From Trichormus sp. ATA11-4-KO1 (GTDB lineage: Bacteria; Cyanobacteriota; Cyanobacteriia; Cyanobacteriales; Nostocaceae), in contig JAHHIM010000041.1 of assembly GCA_019358915.1 (NCBI GenBank), positions 1 through 32,866 of the forward strand: a stretch of 32,866 nucleotides of DNA, read 5' to 3'. Below are positions 31,601 to 32,796 of this stretch, piece after piece. Each line of letters opens with the position of its first letter. The first letter of the stretch is position 1. The position numbers and the translations under genes are program-made. A model generated the notes under the pieces. That model had not been told where the DNA came from, did not search any database, and saw only the letters and a list, made by a program, of their open reading frames with translations.

Positions 31601-32796
31601 TCCTCGGTTTCGGAGCCAGAGATGCCAAAGTCATCCTCGACAACGTCATGCTACTCGACAATGACTTTGTCGCACCAGTCGCCAACAAAGACACCGCCAC
31701 CACCAACCAAACCCAACCAGTTACAATCAACATTCTCAGCAACGATACCGACACAGACAGCAGCATCAACCTCACAACCCTGTCCATCACAACCAACCCC
31801 AACAACGGGACAATCCAACTAAATCAAGATGGCACAGTCACATACACCCCTAACCCCACCTTTGTCGGCACAGACACCTTCACCTACACCATCACCGACA
31901 CAGAAGGCTTAACATCTAATACTGCCACCGTCAACATCACAGTCAACAATATAGCCCCAGTGATCACAGTAATTACAGGCGACACCACCACCACCGAAGG
32001 CACAACAGCCAACTTTAGTGCCACAGCAGTTGACCCTGGTGACGAACTGACCTACCTCTGGAACTTTGGCGACGGTTCACAATTGGTGGAAGGTGAAAAT
32101 GTTACCCACACCTACACCGACAACGGTACATACATCGCCACCCTGACTGTTATCGATAGTCTTGGCGTCAATAGCTTCCAAACCCTAGAAATCACCGTCA
32201 ATCATGTCGCGCCTCCAGAAATTACCAAACTCAAATTCGAGCAAAAACTACTCCATCTCAAAGTTTACGAAAATTCCCAACTAGTAGAACATGTTAAAGG
32301 CAAACAAAATCAACCAGTATCACCCCTAGCCTTGGACAGAATCCAAATACTCGCCCTCAACAGCAATGACCAATCCCAGATATTTGATGACATCACCTTC
32401 CATGATAGTGGAGAAGGTATTGGCATCACCGACGGAGAAGACGGTAACAAAGCACGTAAAAAGCGCATTGATGGTGATGAAATTTTACAAATCAAAATCC
32501 CACCTACGGATAAATACAACAGCGCCAAAACTGCCTTCGTTACCGTAGATCAAGTACAATCCACCACAAATAAAACCATTGGCGGTCAAGTGAAAATTGT
32601 GGCACTACGCGGTGCCACAATAGTTGGAGAACAAACTTATACCCTTACCGACAAAAACCAAACACTCACATTTACCAACACTACAGCCTTCGACCGTCTG
32701 CACTTAATGGCTGGAGACGAAGATACTGAATTTACCCTCAGAGGATGTTTGAAAAGTTTTAGGGAGTCAAAAATTAAGCCAATCGCTTCACCATAA
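1666..32796 (+). CDS. Giant multidomain extracellular protein (10,376 aa; CARDB/cadherin/RHS-like adhesin with peptidase and nuclease domains); native C-terminus disrupted by an IS
   Basis: Uninterrupted 31.1-kb frame with recognisable repeat and enzyme motifs throughout. The last 17 aa (GCLKSFRESKIKPIASP) and the stop codon are read from the IS end that starts at 32741. Confidence 0.95.
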   Translation: MSGMNELFPNFDSQLMNDGSIMPVMEDPFKLSQGMEISPNNPPTLPVGSPSTDIIVIDTPSSSTYFGEQPSNITPVPLFFQPNSSDTPTNSFDLITGTKSDDQLVGFLSKDEVISSSLSVTSQVGEDNINQQQPDQLSSITSVLSEIDNHQSFHQLTPEILEIFRQEAIARWASLGITPGEQGILQQVQLAIADLPGYQLGWTQGYVVTIDTDAAGAGWFIDLTPADDVEFSNIVSASELHSIESDPAFGRVDLLTVINHEFGHILGLDHLDSHQVMNPTLLIGTRHLPTQESLEVTRATEPVNAALELNLPTISASNGTVTGYLSTNDVINPTRNGRYSDDYQLIDFTVGKLVTLDLSSSNFNTYLQLINADTGQIIAYDDDSGYGANSLLRFTPVDGIKYIVRTTSYSSGVTGTYTLIVTVGRPDLVVTDATAPITAPERSTISLTWTVTNQGEAVATNNWYDYVYLSDNTVLDSSDRYMGNLWNGDKIPLALGASYTASTNMALPERVGAGKQYLLFVADRDNYLVEESETNNVRAVPIEITVPDLVVTEATAPVAVTVGSSAEISWTVLNQGSVQATHRWYDRIYISNDQTFDGSDTQVGGFDSGIPGTPLGAGDTYTLTKTVTIPKTALGSRYLLFVADANNNQYETNETNNIKAIPVQVNAPDLIVSDASAPTTVALGEQITVNWQVTNQGNVTADADWYDYFYLSDDQILDGSDDYITYKWTGDKTPLASNTSYTTTHNITIPTYAKAGNRYLLFVADRDNYQGETNENNNVYSIPININAPDLSISNPQAPKTANPGDSIDVSWTVKNIGDITTNNGWYDHVYLSYDSVYDYSDTYLIKHYNSINLIQDHSYNITESVTLPSDGIGSPGRRYLLFITDIYNYQKETNEDNNVVAIPITLNGENADLAISAVTAPTQAVVGQKIPIELTVTNQGSLTTSSYYWYDYVYLSNKPTLDDSAVYLDSIYSAYYNSYQPLAPGANYTVKQDINLPSNIYGHQYLLFVAEGDNYLDDADRSNNVKAVPIKIDAPDLVISNATTPAQGDAGAQIEVSWTVQNQGNGSAFPPQGYYYYAYLFDSVYLSDDNTLDISKDTLLKDVKTEKLLPLDSGNSYTVTQLLSVPNNVTKGNKYLLFVADRQNRLSELNENNNVKAIPFSIVDPDPNLPLLQTGSPVQNQNSPQFVTNPNTATYTPLAGSSATGLLGQYYVLGGNVTTFPDFSTLQPTYTKVDPQVNFDFEGDSFAGIPGLTNNFAARWTGKINIATAEDVTFYLSKDYYTNSGNRLYIDGQLVIDNQGYYQQEASKTINLTPGEHDLYLEFFNNIHYYGGVSLSYAPMGSNKQVIPSSILTPTAVTPPANLPDLKISNVAAPSLIAPGQTISTTWIVTNQSSNSTQSNWYDKVYLSDDTTFDSKDTFFAGFDGRTNSPLVAGDNYIQTQNINIPTNIELGNKYLLFVTNPDNTEIESDRTNNAYALPVTITNPDLIVTEATAPATAADREQITVSWTVKNQGNVPTNAYNWYDSVYLSDNTVFDSSDRYMGNLWVSDNLATGETYDKSENFTLPERTGSGKWYLLVITNTSNYQAETSDTNNVYAIPIEITVPDLTITTSSTPTTAAVGETVSVSWTVKNLGDVSAAADRYDSVYLSNDPNFEATDTYVTDFYRSGSSPLAAGASEVRTGNIIIPHSQLGDRYLLFVGDRTNSQSETDETNNIWATPITITAPDLIVSDVTVPIAAELGETVSVSWTVTNLGDVVALRDWYDRIYLSDDLIFDNSDQYVTQKWISNQTPLAAFSSYQIIQNVSLPTYTKVGNRYLLFITDHSNYQGETNEKNNIKAVPIYIKAADLVVTDASTSTNTVTPGSTLELAYTVKNQGETATVNNSGRWWWDKGGWYDRIYLSYDQVYDGADTELANRWISPTPILAADGIYTFSNISVTLPNNTIGQPGSRYLLFIADKDNYQSETNESNNVKAIPITITGDNADLEVTAATAPSVVTTQQTVSISWTVKNTGALTASADWYDSVYISNDTTLDASDTKLRDQWVSSPTPLAANGQYNLTSDSTIPQGRTGNQYLLFVADSYNYQGELNQLNNVRAVPITVQAPDLVVTDATAPVKTYPGTQIEVSWTIKNQGNTSAHADWYDRIYLSDDATLNTSQDTLLKEVWTGNLTPLKIGDNYSVSQLLTLPSTTPIGSRYLLFVADANRAQGESDDNNNIKAIPITIGDNDPDLIVTTATASSTAVLGETITVNWTVLNQGNIEASTDWYDTIYLSDDETLDNSDVAVSSQSVADKIPLAVNATYNFNRNITIPNTTTGNRYLLFVADAGKQQSERDETNNVRAVPITLTAPDLVVSDASSTVETATWGETIQVFWTVTNTQTVTAAANWSDQIYLSDDTILDGTDKFVATFSAASHAPLAGNSSYTQTNKSIIIPTNSGTGSKYLLFVTDANDAQGETDNNNNVKAIPFEVQSPNLQVTDINAPTTATWRESINVSWMVTNQGTGAALADWWDYVYLSSNPTLDSSDTYLGNLSAANQSPLASGSSYTQSRNVTIPSVTPGTWYLLFATDNNGNQQAESNETDNVGAIALEVKAPDLVISAVTAPTSSILGATIPVSWTVTNQGTGAALADWWDYVYLSANPTLDGNDTFLGNLWTGRETPLAAGASYTVGRNVTIPNVAEGTWYLLFAADRDNYQSETDNNNNVKAVTIELGAPDIELTAATAPTTASALETIQVGWTVTNIGNIVAPADWSDYIYLSDDATFDGNDIQLGYLSAADKTPLSAGTSYTQTLNVTIPGTVRGNKYLLFVADRHNIQGESNESNNVRTLQLTVNAPDLIVFDATAPNRAILGETIDVSWTVTNSGSGSAFTKWYDSIYFSDDTNFDASDTYVADFWTAEKTPLAPGASYNLAKKITVPNTATGNRYLLFVADRTNNQGETNENNNVQAIAITLGSLDLIPTITSSPAIATSGTTVSLEWTVNNAGSAAATGNWVDRIYLSTDNKFDTSDLLLKERHFDGSLSSGSSYQAQVDLDLPINVNGSYYLLVATDANQQVIELNREENNIAASLINIELAPYADLAISNVTAPTLTIGDPAQVTIDWTVTNIGTGIGNTNTWVDRIIASKDSIIGNSDDIVLASFSNPKALNVSENYTRSEKLRLSPGFQGQYQLFVQTDATGVVFENNLEANNTIAADHTFSVVSIPYADLVVDAVQVQETASSGQKMQVSWTVANNGIGITNTNSWSDRVSLATDPEGKNIIANLGSFELLGALAVGGTYNRSVDVTLPNGLTGTYYLVVTTGGPFEFIYTHNNSRVSNAVSVTLTPPPDLVVTNVTSPTTTVQSGSKIDVSWSVENSGTGNATGTWVDSIFIREVGNVNGQLISLGNFTFGNGLQAGKSYTRSEQFFLPSTLQGLYEIVAKTNASNSLYEHGATGNNTITATNPILLSLAPRPDLQVKEIIAPTTANAGGTISLEFIVANEGTIGTTTPNWQDRVYLSLDDKISHDDLSLGSFSNAAALGSLESYRTQANTLVIPKYFRGEAYLIVQTDAAGQVDEYPQESNNQKAVKLNINSLPPADLVTSNVVAPTQAFAGSQIKVRYTVTNLGIGETDRDRWTDTIWLTRDKNRPSPANREGSAEDILLTSIGHNGSLKVGEKYEAEVDVTVPGQVTGEWYITAWSDAYNVVLEDTLDINANPDDPTELDNNNYKARPITILLTPPPDLVVTSVTPTTQGLGGQPFSVTWTVQNQGANGTAQSNWVDYVYLSDSPTLNAPEAKQWFLGSVGHSGSLGVNETYTLKLDTVLAPGASGRYIIVQTNPNGSVWEGPYTNNNLLTANTNVTSTPADLTVTNVKILPQNFSGERTTVEWTVQNVGSDIWSGTRYWYDEIWVSPDPTFILSRATKVGFVPYSSQQSLRTGDSYTQRQDITLPAGIDGEYYIYVSTDYSYNYDTRKFRGEIPRSGDNNSYRQSFEYRVYEDPGNNLGSTPLTVTYKEPDLQITNLVLPETSPTSGQTISVNWTVSNTGTRDTRETFWYDRLYLSRDESLDFNDTLLGEFTRRGGLQQGQSYAGSSEITLPDGIAGNFYLLVFTDSNVSQGYSKLSFEGNPTLARVPEFQDEGNNIIAAPLTVTLQPPPDLQVTSVRIPERATTGQTFNLEYTVENKGSGNTPSRQNRWNDLIYLSRDEFLDLQSDRYLGYTEHTDGLNAGSSYTVNKTLQLPNDLTGSYYVFVITDAPQNNVRGHVFEGNNEGNNAQPSAQPLILQLPPPADLQVDEITIPATAKSGDSIQISWKVTNYGDNPATGQWSDAVYLSEDAIWDINDRAIGRVSYSGILATDAAYTSTLTANLPPATPGQYRIIVRPDIFNQVYEAENEANNRTTSADPLNVTVEQLQLGVPFNTILNTGQERLFQINLQAGQTLRINTTSSATDAANEVFVRFQSAPTSIIYDAAYTGELGANQSVVIPTTKSGTYYVLVRGYSQPSNNTPISLLADVLPFGITDAIADRGGDSRYVTTNILGAQFQPGAIVKLVRPGIAEYIPVKSQVINSTKITAIFDLTNAPHGLYDVKVINPDGREAILPYRYLVERAIEPDVTVGLGGPSVLAPGDFGTYGVSVQSLTNIDTPYVHFSIGTPELGINSDVFNLPYTEFSSNLRGNPEGVLSDVPWASLISDVNTNGEIIAPGYVLDLPNAGFVGRTFNVQTYPGLQAELAKDSKALEDVPDDAIAFRFHILATATAMTRDEFVQEQTQQALLLRNAILKDQTASPALTVLIADANTWTNAYLAALEEAGLLRKEDEAPTIRENPQVISLMATLATGLLLGPAGNEIISNGNLVSFFEQIRKWYGHNPSLRGQELPPDPQQFDLGLSHTTHVQSFNVYVPFGDARVDLPQGASVPPPNFASFFNAAGTTNNLATLTGPVGFGAENIVPLGAALPYTIRFENAATASTAVGEVRIVTQLDSDLDPRNFQLGGLRLGDIQVHIPAGRATFSGDFDFIRSKGFILRVSAGLDVISNTATWLIQAIDPNTGEVMQNPNIGLLPPNNANGVGSGFVTYSVLPFAGSATGTEITTEARVIFNTAAPMDTAQVTNIIDGVAPTTALTVTPLVAGGSDYLVNWTATDDTAGAGVKHVTVYVAEDGGDFKIWQQQTTETSAVYSGRAGHTYEFLALATDHAGNREQPGLGISAPSDGFQVNLGTLPTVEKTTQPDLGTLPAPKPEPSTNQLFLEAKQGIPAVAPATNPSEFKSVLRPFTAAAFATGIPTSHANIAPLAITVLEDGSVLASGGANRGSLYRFDKDGEIGGGGDRGQNSPTPIATLEHPIFDLALDNNATLWATTGGGPLLQLDLQTGKVVKQYGNSITQALAIQSETGLIYVSSGKGIEIFNPQTETFTHYSDLRVDSLAFAPDGQLWATTWPERGDIVRFDEQGKAQRMLSFDSPVDSIAFGMKGTHLEGLLFVSNNNGNLVMVDLATLQQVTVASGGSRGENITTTADGRVLLSQSHQIDVFSPLVAPQVKATNPPPDAIVALPQGTISITFDSDMFIGAANDTASVLNPANFELVSASDRFTPQSVRYDAQTLTVLLDFNTITPDHYELRVSQNLKSIAGAELIGGYKEQFTAISDFSALVDFQFNNARSHRANETISYDVTLKSKADSDLLLPVMLVLDPSQYFTGVPTGATRNPTGAYMIDLRDNLPEGVLKRGQSTTSRTITVYNPDALRVEFTPGIYALPYPNQAPIVTSAPVLTAYSGQSYTYQVAANDPDGAVLGYLLYDAPQGMKIDSNGLITWTPTQLSPASSNVTLQVYDLRGAKTTQTFSLNVVGGNHKPVFNTPVVSGGTVEEGNFSSNSATGMTVRGAEGKTLQIKVAATDADQDKLIYWADNLPGSAVFDLSTGILTWTPSYTAAGTYENVQFIVSDGIERVTQTATILIAPTNQAPTFTRPADRIVREGEKVRIQLQATDADITDAVSSLSPSLLTYNSNLLPGGANLDPRTGLFEWTPAYFQAGEFEIPFTVSDGESITTQITKITVLNVNAAPVFDNLGTWQVQEGQEVRFRAFAFDPDNPGFVPQDRNADGQLTILEGSDPSVTYTVSGLPDGATFDPVTAMFIWTPGYASTGTYNVAFTATDDGNGTPTSKSAEVTVPISVLNSNRAPQISEFTNITLNRGEVQELIIRVTDADNDPLVLQLQPESTGYNIPDFVRFTDNGDGTATLRLTPSANDGGDYSFTLTASSDNGNGGGANAIHSDEYTFIVTVNAPNDPPKLPFIGNKVAVVGDTLEFLVKASDRNQDNLSFNLSGLPADAILTPTAIYGEALFQWTPTVAAIGTYPVTIAATDSGNGHPSEILSSQQEFNLVVRTSNTAPTLSTIANSSVAEGQTLSLVFSSTDADGDSISYSASNLPPGAVLDPVQGILTWTPNSSQAGIYNNISLIASDGNKSSSQSLAILVNNTNQAPVLAPLPIQTGQENNLVQFTLTAGDIDNDSLIYSAVSPLPTGAVFDARTGQFTWKPNYEQAGEYVLKFAVTDAQGASDVRDVTLRVSNVNRNPAISVSNHAVALGETLRFTVVGTDPDNGTNLTYSAVDLPDGAILDAATGQFTWTPSPGQVGDYTITYTVADGEVTVTQTSLVRVAVAPTPPTVTLDLTPSFPAVPGQKVIVQTLASGLAEITNLTATVDGKAVTVDSQGRIEFVPTIPGRLIVDVIATDADGRVGYNSTVVKVRDPEDQDAPIVAFAAGLDGAKLTAVTDIIASVNDSNLDNWVLEIADFGEEAYRTLASGNGAVSDRTLAQFDPAKLENGFYQLRLRATDISDRTSSTQVVVEANSATNKSAYVRSETDLSVNLGGNNINLVRTYSSLNTSDVGSFGYGWQLANVDTNIQTNVPLTGRESLGVYEPFRVGTRLYLTTPTGERIGFTFAPQKQTIPGLTYYTPTWVADSGVNYTLSSADAKLTLAGNRLYDLKTGHAYNPASGSYGGAEYTLTAADGTVYYLSTSRGVTEQIAPNGTHLIYSDSGITGSTGETVRFVKDDLGRLTQITAPDGSLVTYTYDAQGNLVSARNLASGDSHRYGYSSLPHSLLTLATGTPGTPGSAISYSKNTPQVSTINADLGGAVLWNGNTTSSVGNERYTFSLRNSELKSTATGVVLVGVDITGGGVSVLNGLTPISVSGGYSLYAIDQAGLNLLQVAGNGAYDWQLAIAGDVNRDGNVDGVDSGLLEGAIASGVYNTTYDFNRDGVINATDVQILGSNYGFTVNRAPVVTPKQILTHVDLNTTVALNGLATDPEGDAVFFRIVGAENGTARFTPDGKSVLFTPNDDYFGAASFSLVADDGYSMSAPVKVDVNVSNAALVNLDFARRGLRLDALESADLLVIGDFADQQNVILPYSYLQLASDNSAVASVSQGVVTGLSDGVSVLSAYRDGITAVTALRVGELGTPTNQTEFNLALAETNGLNVYPQAVTLVEGVKRQILVGINEVLDSPDLRIATSGTRYFVSNPNILQVTPDGLITAIDEGVASVTVIHGATEYVLPVSVEIPHLNSAVLGKDGGAVQAIDGSMVMVAPGALKENATVSIETVNKNQLALSALEENYTFTGAFKLDVGESQLNIPVQLAIPNTFGVEVGKEVFFMSQRQLPDENGVLQPAWFIEESGIVGADGLIRTQSPPWNGVVESKTYAVMVPKFSYRVVNAQIPADWITGIGIAGIALAVGGTYIAVAGGSALIAGASVVGGLGILASPFIFPDRFESATELIDTVDVVTYPVIELPYITKAGIALNLGQLSSQSKVPIAQVKRPTSQPPLASTPTIEKLEVDFDDKEGAFIRVTGQNLKSVPKDTELNQDNQQSTDKLVFELEYGNKIYRQSEVETADINSISEQVFTFRLPNHIPVSEDLKITAIRQVNPVIGPPQEIKSQTLSAIFSSFDRVIATNPLSGNVQIMNAKNAPGVVAEFGSQNLLLATIPLGQQTRPRYSAALDDRIYVPLEGNRSVAVLDALGLRELDTNPETPQIDRIYLPAGSSPSAIVFSSDKYYAYIADRNLGAIYVLDVNPNSPNYHKHIGTIQVPESKGVHQLAINSDGTLLFATSPNTTSNKGEITVINIEPSARSQSFQQYNRIVETVKTEAGVTGISATENPDVMFFTNRYQDVQGFGQLTVKQDLKGSISSEIVTAKLNLGSVFDYFDVNEAIAVTMLRDQKTGIEYAFVAGRNGRQFGSGIESIDGQGAGSNVGIVRIAPGQAPELVAATRPIPMGLTSSLTLSDDNSYLYVANPGVNSTFVYDVNEMIKTVEAANNREQLKSKPLDEINPLVGIATNIQQGSDQNRPIGAGASWGTTSHAKDPQIISVKPETEYIPEAEEALRKIRFKFGVDPIFSPLEQTYASAKPVVEAIAETIFGEPAQAQPQPVIIPKPLLRPIPFPKIYPKPTQFGNPIIFPNPGPIIIPDPNLDPNPNPQTDKQTQIDEIEFFLSTFPENEGLIPKDWTPAPLESGRDYNPNRIISAQWSKGKWTGKDSQGQEVTNDGSYDEFTLPADRMLTAGQTYYLAMVFKGRKGSEAFTKRFTDVYKVPISQLPTQPSIDTFSNVTILTPGIETDAQEFASAGLENIARKVAANGGDVFRYVANTGKWQPVRYFFPTTELDQQQQQADHPKESSKGRPLVLLADWTRDIEQSQLYNSGFAEAAADSFFASLVTLDQELGGSVGSYDNFGNLKRTQGSLFNSPLHFIGYGQGAVVNSEIVQRLGTFFPNAGGRDRSKRDLQVTVIDPIVYGQSSFEPQLRNILDPRITTWQNVTYADTYFQNNAGENPFPTLPQSDWETDLSDRASFELNNGTFTPHKTALNWYTGTANLTQGLGTNRYRRLGDLLSTGIEDYERTWYTPNHTQANLKHGDEDAAWEGIGTGWFTSVLGGGFNYRPYGDTSQKLGKQQLDTAYFERNRTPVSQDNTADPRLRGDFAVPTLFNGNFDAISAQLDQDIPGWNFQDSRGINSQNNLVSGIAGNQSIALRLDTQLNSITHNQFVVPDWGALRFDLHVPVPDSVTDSQNSVVRVFLDNYELRSSAFQGLLRKDQKRNNNDVDYTDDGYPAVDLRQYKGNLGARNGEGQSNRISFAKEGFQTFQVDIPNEFRGKVATLKFELSGGKIVYLDNVFFKSQHLLFGNPQMLIDGSNRQEARKDIDTPKFTTSYNPYIPTDPPSSFSNNYLIERPQYSLSYNNDLKTPNWVSYQLNKSWLGAENDRPSFAGDPHLPFAIQVGEKDIPESSGYERGHMTTANHRNRNEQDYVATFLMSNIIPQPLRYSKDSNGKELEGQWNKLELYLTDLVQTYNKELYIIAGREGVTFKTISSKVSVPESIWKVVLVLDRPGQGISDVTKDTLAFGIYLPNTLDVNGKGQDPNDDWKQNFTLDGKTFGLFNVEELEKLTGYNFLSNIPTEIQKAIENRDVNDIFTRLNVIKPTSLMAAIEEENLFPFPVRTPFNTTTGHSGLPNQITEPTNISLQDVSRTKVSMSQNGIRKATDVSSTEGSTTSVHMIQVGSPQIGFSQITPTQVGGIQISIPDNSAFQPSAFQGNTKQIGSSQIGSTQIGLSQIGSAQVDISQNSAFEVNRTVEGNTLRLNQLNPSKIALSISIPSQQLLSSYFPNHNLTSNLFSDLKYSATDLWPSLFDPTLNINLQITDLPTGQLAEAQLTQFDPQGRPNGGTILIDHNANGIGWFIDTTPLDNSEFTTTLTDTAYRATTGEAFGKYDLLTTILHETGHLLGIINGNPGFDRYIQTINSTKTLIGNNFTATLTPDGSHLDSQVHPYDLMNNTLAPGVRKLPSWLNLQMINAIRSQEWGSGGMGEWGNTLQAPLTAILLADITNGNFTETNTTKPEYGWTTRGAATILNQEAILTEDSPLLSNFTQTFIIPEHAKYLQFTLKNTTLGANTSTTPGDAFEVALLNPNTKQSLINTSQGLSHTDSLLNIQNDGTYYTSNKVTLVNTTPNSTLTLNQPLTFKVDLTGIQPGTAATLYFDLLGFGARDAKVILDNVMLLDNDFVAPVANKDTATTNQTQPVTINILSNDTDTDSSINLTTLSITTNPNNGTIQLNQDGTVTYTPNPTFVGTDTFTYTITDTEGLTSNTATVNITVNNIAPVITVITGDTTTTEGTTANFSATAVDPGDELTYLWNFGDGSQLVEGENVTHTYTDNGTYIATLTVIDSLGVNSFQTLEITVNHVAPPEITKLKFEQKLLHLKVYENSQLVEHVKGKQNQPVSPLALDRIQILALNSNDQSQIFDDITFHDSGEGIGITDGEDGNKARKKRIDGDEILQIKIPPTDKYNSAKTAFVTVDQVQSTTNKTIGGQVKIVALRGATIVGEQTYTLTDKNQTLTFTNTTAFDRLHLMAGDEDTEFTLRGCLKSFRESKIKPIASP
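2131..2532 (+). other. Domain: metzincin/matrixin-like zinc metallopeptidase (copy 1)
   Basis: HEFGHILGLDH (2443-2475) matches HExxHxxGxxH and is followed by a Met-turn-like VMNPTL; preceded by IDTDAAGAGWFIDLTP. Confidence 0.8.
2617..2931 (+). other. Domain: PPC (pre-peptidase C-terminal)-like beta-sandwich
   Basis: D.Y...VTLDLSSSNFNTYLQLINADTGQIIAYDDDSG...YIVRTTSY...TGTYTL pattern typical of PPC domains. Confidence 0.75.
2941..14802 (+). repeat. About 30 tandem CARDB (Ig-like) repeats of roughly 120 aa
   Basis: Consensus PDL.V....AP......G..I.VSWTV.N.G......W.D.VYLS.D...D..D......YLLFVAD......E.NE.NN; 30 unit starts counted by eye from 2941 to 14446, period about 360-400 bp. Confidence 0.9.
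5281..5724 (+). other. Domain: PA14 (carbohydrate-binding), inserted between CARDB units 6 and 7
   Basis: GLLGQYY...DPQVNFDF...NNFAARWTGKI...RLYIDGQLVIDN...LTPGEHDLYLEFF...KQVIPSSIL is the PA14 signature. Confidence 0.85.
17425..18156 (+). other. Domain: beta-propeller (NHL/SMP-30-like blades)
   Basis: Repeated blade motifs DLALDNNATLWATT, ALAIQSETGLIYVS, SLAFAPDGQLWATT, NITTTADGRVLLS. Confidence 0.65.
18829..21516 (+). repeat. Nine cadherin-like / putative Ig (He_PIG) repeats
   Basis: Units N.AP.......EG..L......D.D.D.L.Y....LP.GA..D..TG.F.WTP...Q.G.Y starting near 18829, 19099, 19429, 19726, 20077, 20401, 20704, 20977 and 21253. Confidence 0.85.
22129..22827 (+). other. Domain: RHS N-terminal (DUF6531-like) motif plus only 2-3 YD repeats
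   Basis: DLSV...INLVRTYSSLN..VGSFGYGWQL, then DDLGRLTQITAPDGSLVTYTYDAQGNLVSA; no long YD array and no DPxG core end seen. Confidence 0.7.
23209..23361 (+). other. Domain: dockerin type I-like (two Ca-binding loops)
   Basis: GDVNRDGNVDGVD ... DFNRDGVINATD duplicated F-hand motif. Confidence 0.85.
23371..24600 (+). other. Domains: cadherin/Big_9-like, two Big_2-like and a ZU5-like module
   Basis: NRAPVV...ATDPEGD...FTPNDDYFGAASF...DDG; SDNSAVASVSQGVVTG; SNPNILQVTPDGLITA; GKDGGAVQAIDGSMVMVAPGALKE (ZU5-like start). Confidence 0.6.
24685..24822 (+). other. 46-aa uncharged Gly/Ala-rich hydrophobic segment (two-helix hairpin)
   Basis: WITGIGIAGIALAVGGTYIAVAGGSALIAGASVVGGLGILASPFIF contains no charged residue. 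Confidence 0.75.
25363..26430 (+). other. Domain: YVTN/YncE-type beta-propeller
   Basis: PSAIVFSSDKYYAYIAD, QLAINSDGTLLFATS, SLTLSDDNSYLYVANPG blade motifs. Confidence 0.7.
27319..28116 (+). other. Domain: alpha/beta-hydrolase-like fold with a degenerate nucleophile elbow
   Basis: VTILTPG ... LADW ... LHFIGYGQGAVVNSEIVQRLG ... VTVIDP ... ADTYFQ ... H order of motifs; the elbow reads GYGQG instead of GxSxG. Confidence 0.6.
29032..29889 (+). other. Domain: DNA/RNA non-specific endonuclease (NucA/Serratia-type beta-beta-alpha-Me)
   Basis: HLLFGNP, NYLIERPQYSLSYNN, NWVSYQLNKSWLG, SGYERGH (ERGH at 29362-29373), ATFLMSNIIPQ, WNKLE, KELYIIAG, KVSVPESIWKVVLVLD, VEELEKLTGYNFLSN are colinear with Anabaena NucA as I recall it. 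Confidence 0.92.
29965..30489 (-). CDS. Pentapeptide-repeat protein (174 aa), fully nested antisense within the giant ORF
   Basis: Typical cyanobacterial N-cap AEELLARYADGERDF, tandem A(D/N)Lxx units (ADLCR ADLTG ADLFG ... ANLYS ANLSW CDLTE ADLRG), C-cap TTMPSG, GGAGG 7 nt before the ATG, TAG stop at 29967-29965. Confidence 0.9.
   Translation of the reverse strand: MVWEITAEELLARYADGERDFRGIELIQSEGVPLDSSIDLEGAILRDINLRGAYLRQADLCRADLTGADLFGVSLESAWLKRAIVRDANLYSANLSWCDLTEADLRGTDLNHMNASRATFCGANIGGFSYAILAHANFRSADVLETNICRFGNLIWETTMPSGSVERGPYWKWK
30496..30501 (-). promoter_or_regulatory. Shine-Dalgarno site of the nested antisense gene
   Basis: Minus strand reads ...AAGTTGGAGGTTAAATT-ATG; GGAGGT is a perfect anti-SD complement at suitable spacing. 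Confidence 0.8.
30565..31050 (+). other. Domain: zinc metallopeptidase-like (copy 2), homologous to the N-terminal copy
   Basis: ITDLPTGQLA...IDHNANGIGWFIDTTP.D.SEF...AFGKYDLLTTILHETGHLLG (HExxH from 30817)...DGSHLD...DLMNNTL.PGVR. Confidence 0.75.
31061..31092 (+). repeat. Four tandem G-rich octamers within the reading frame
   Basis: AGTGGGGG AGTGGGGG AATGGGAG AGTGGGGG, encoding part of EWGSGGMGEWGN, set in otherwise very G-poor sequence. Confidence 0.75.
31672..32202 (+). other. Domains: cadherin/Big_9-like repeat followed by a PKD domain
   Basis: APVANKD...INILSNDTDTD...YTPNPTFVGTDTFTYTITD; then LTYLWNFGDGS....VTHTYTDNGTYIATLTV (PKD WDFGDG-type motif). Confidence 0.85.

Noticed and set aside
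30474..31805. Chain of minus-strand ORFs upstream of the nested gene (30474-30755, 30969-31217, 31218-31466, 31590-31805)
   Set aside because: Explained by the C/A-ending codon bias of the plus frame; broken by stops and not protein-like.
1666..32796. RTX/type I secretion substrate or Sec-exported protein
   Set aside because: No GGxGxDxL nonapeptide array and no hydrophobic N-terminal signal peptide seen; the export route cannot be assigned because the native C-terminus is missing.
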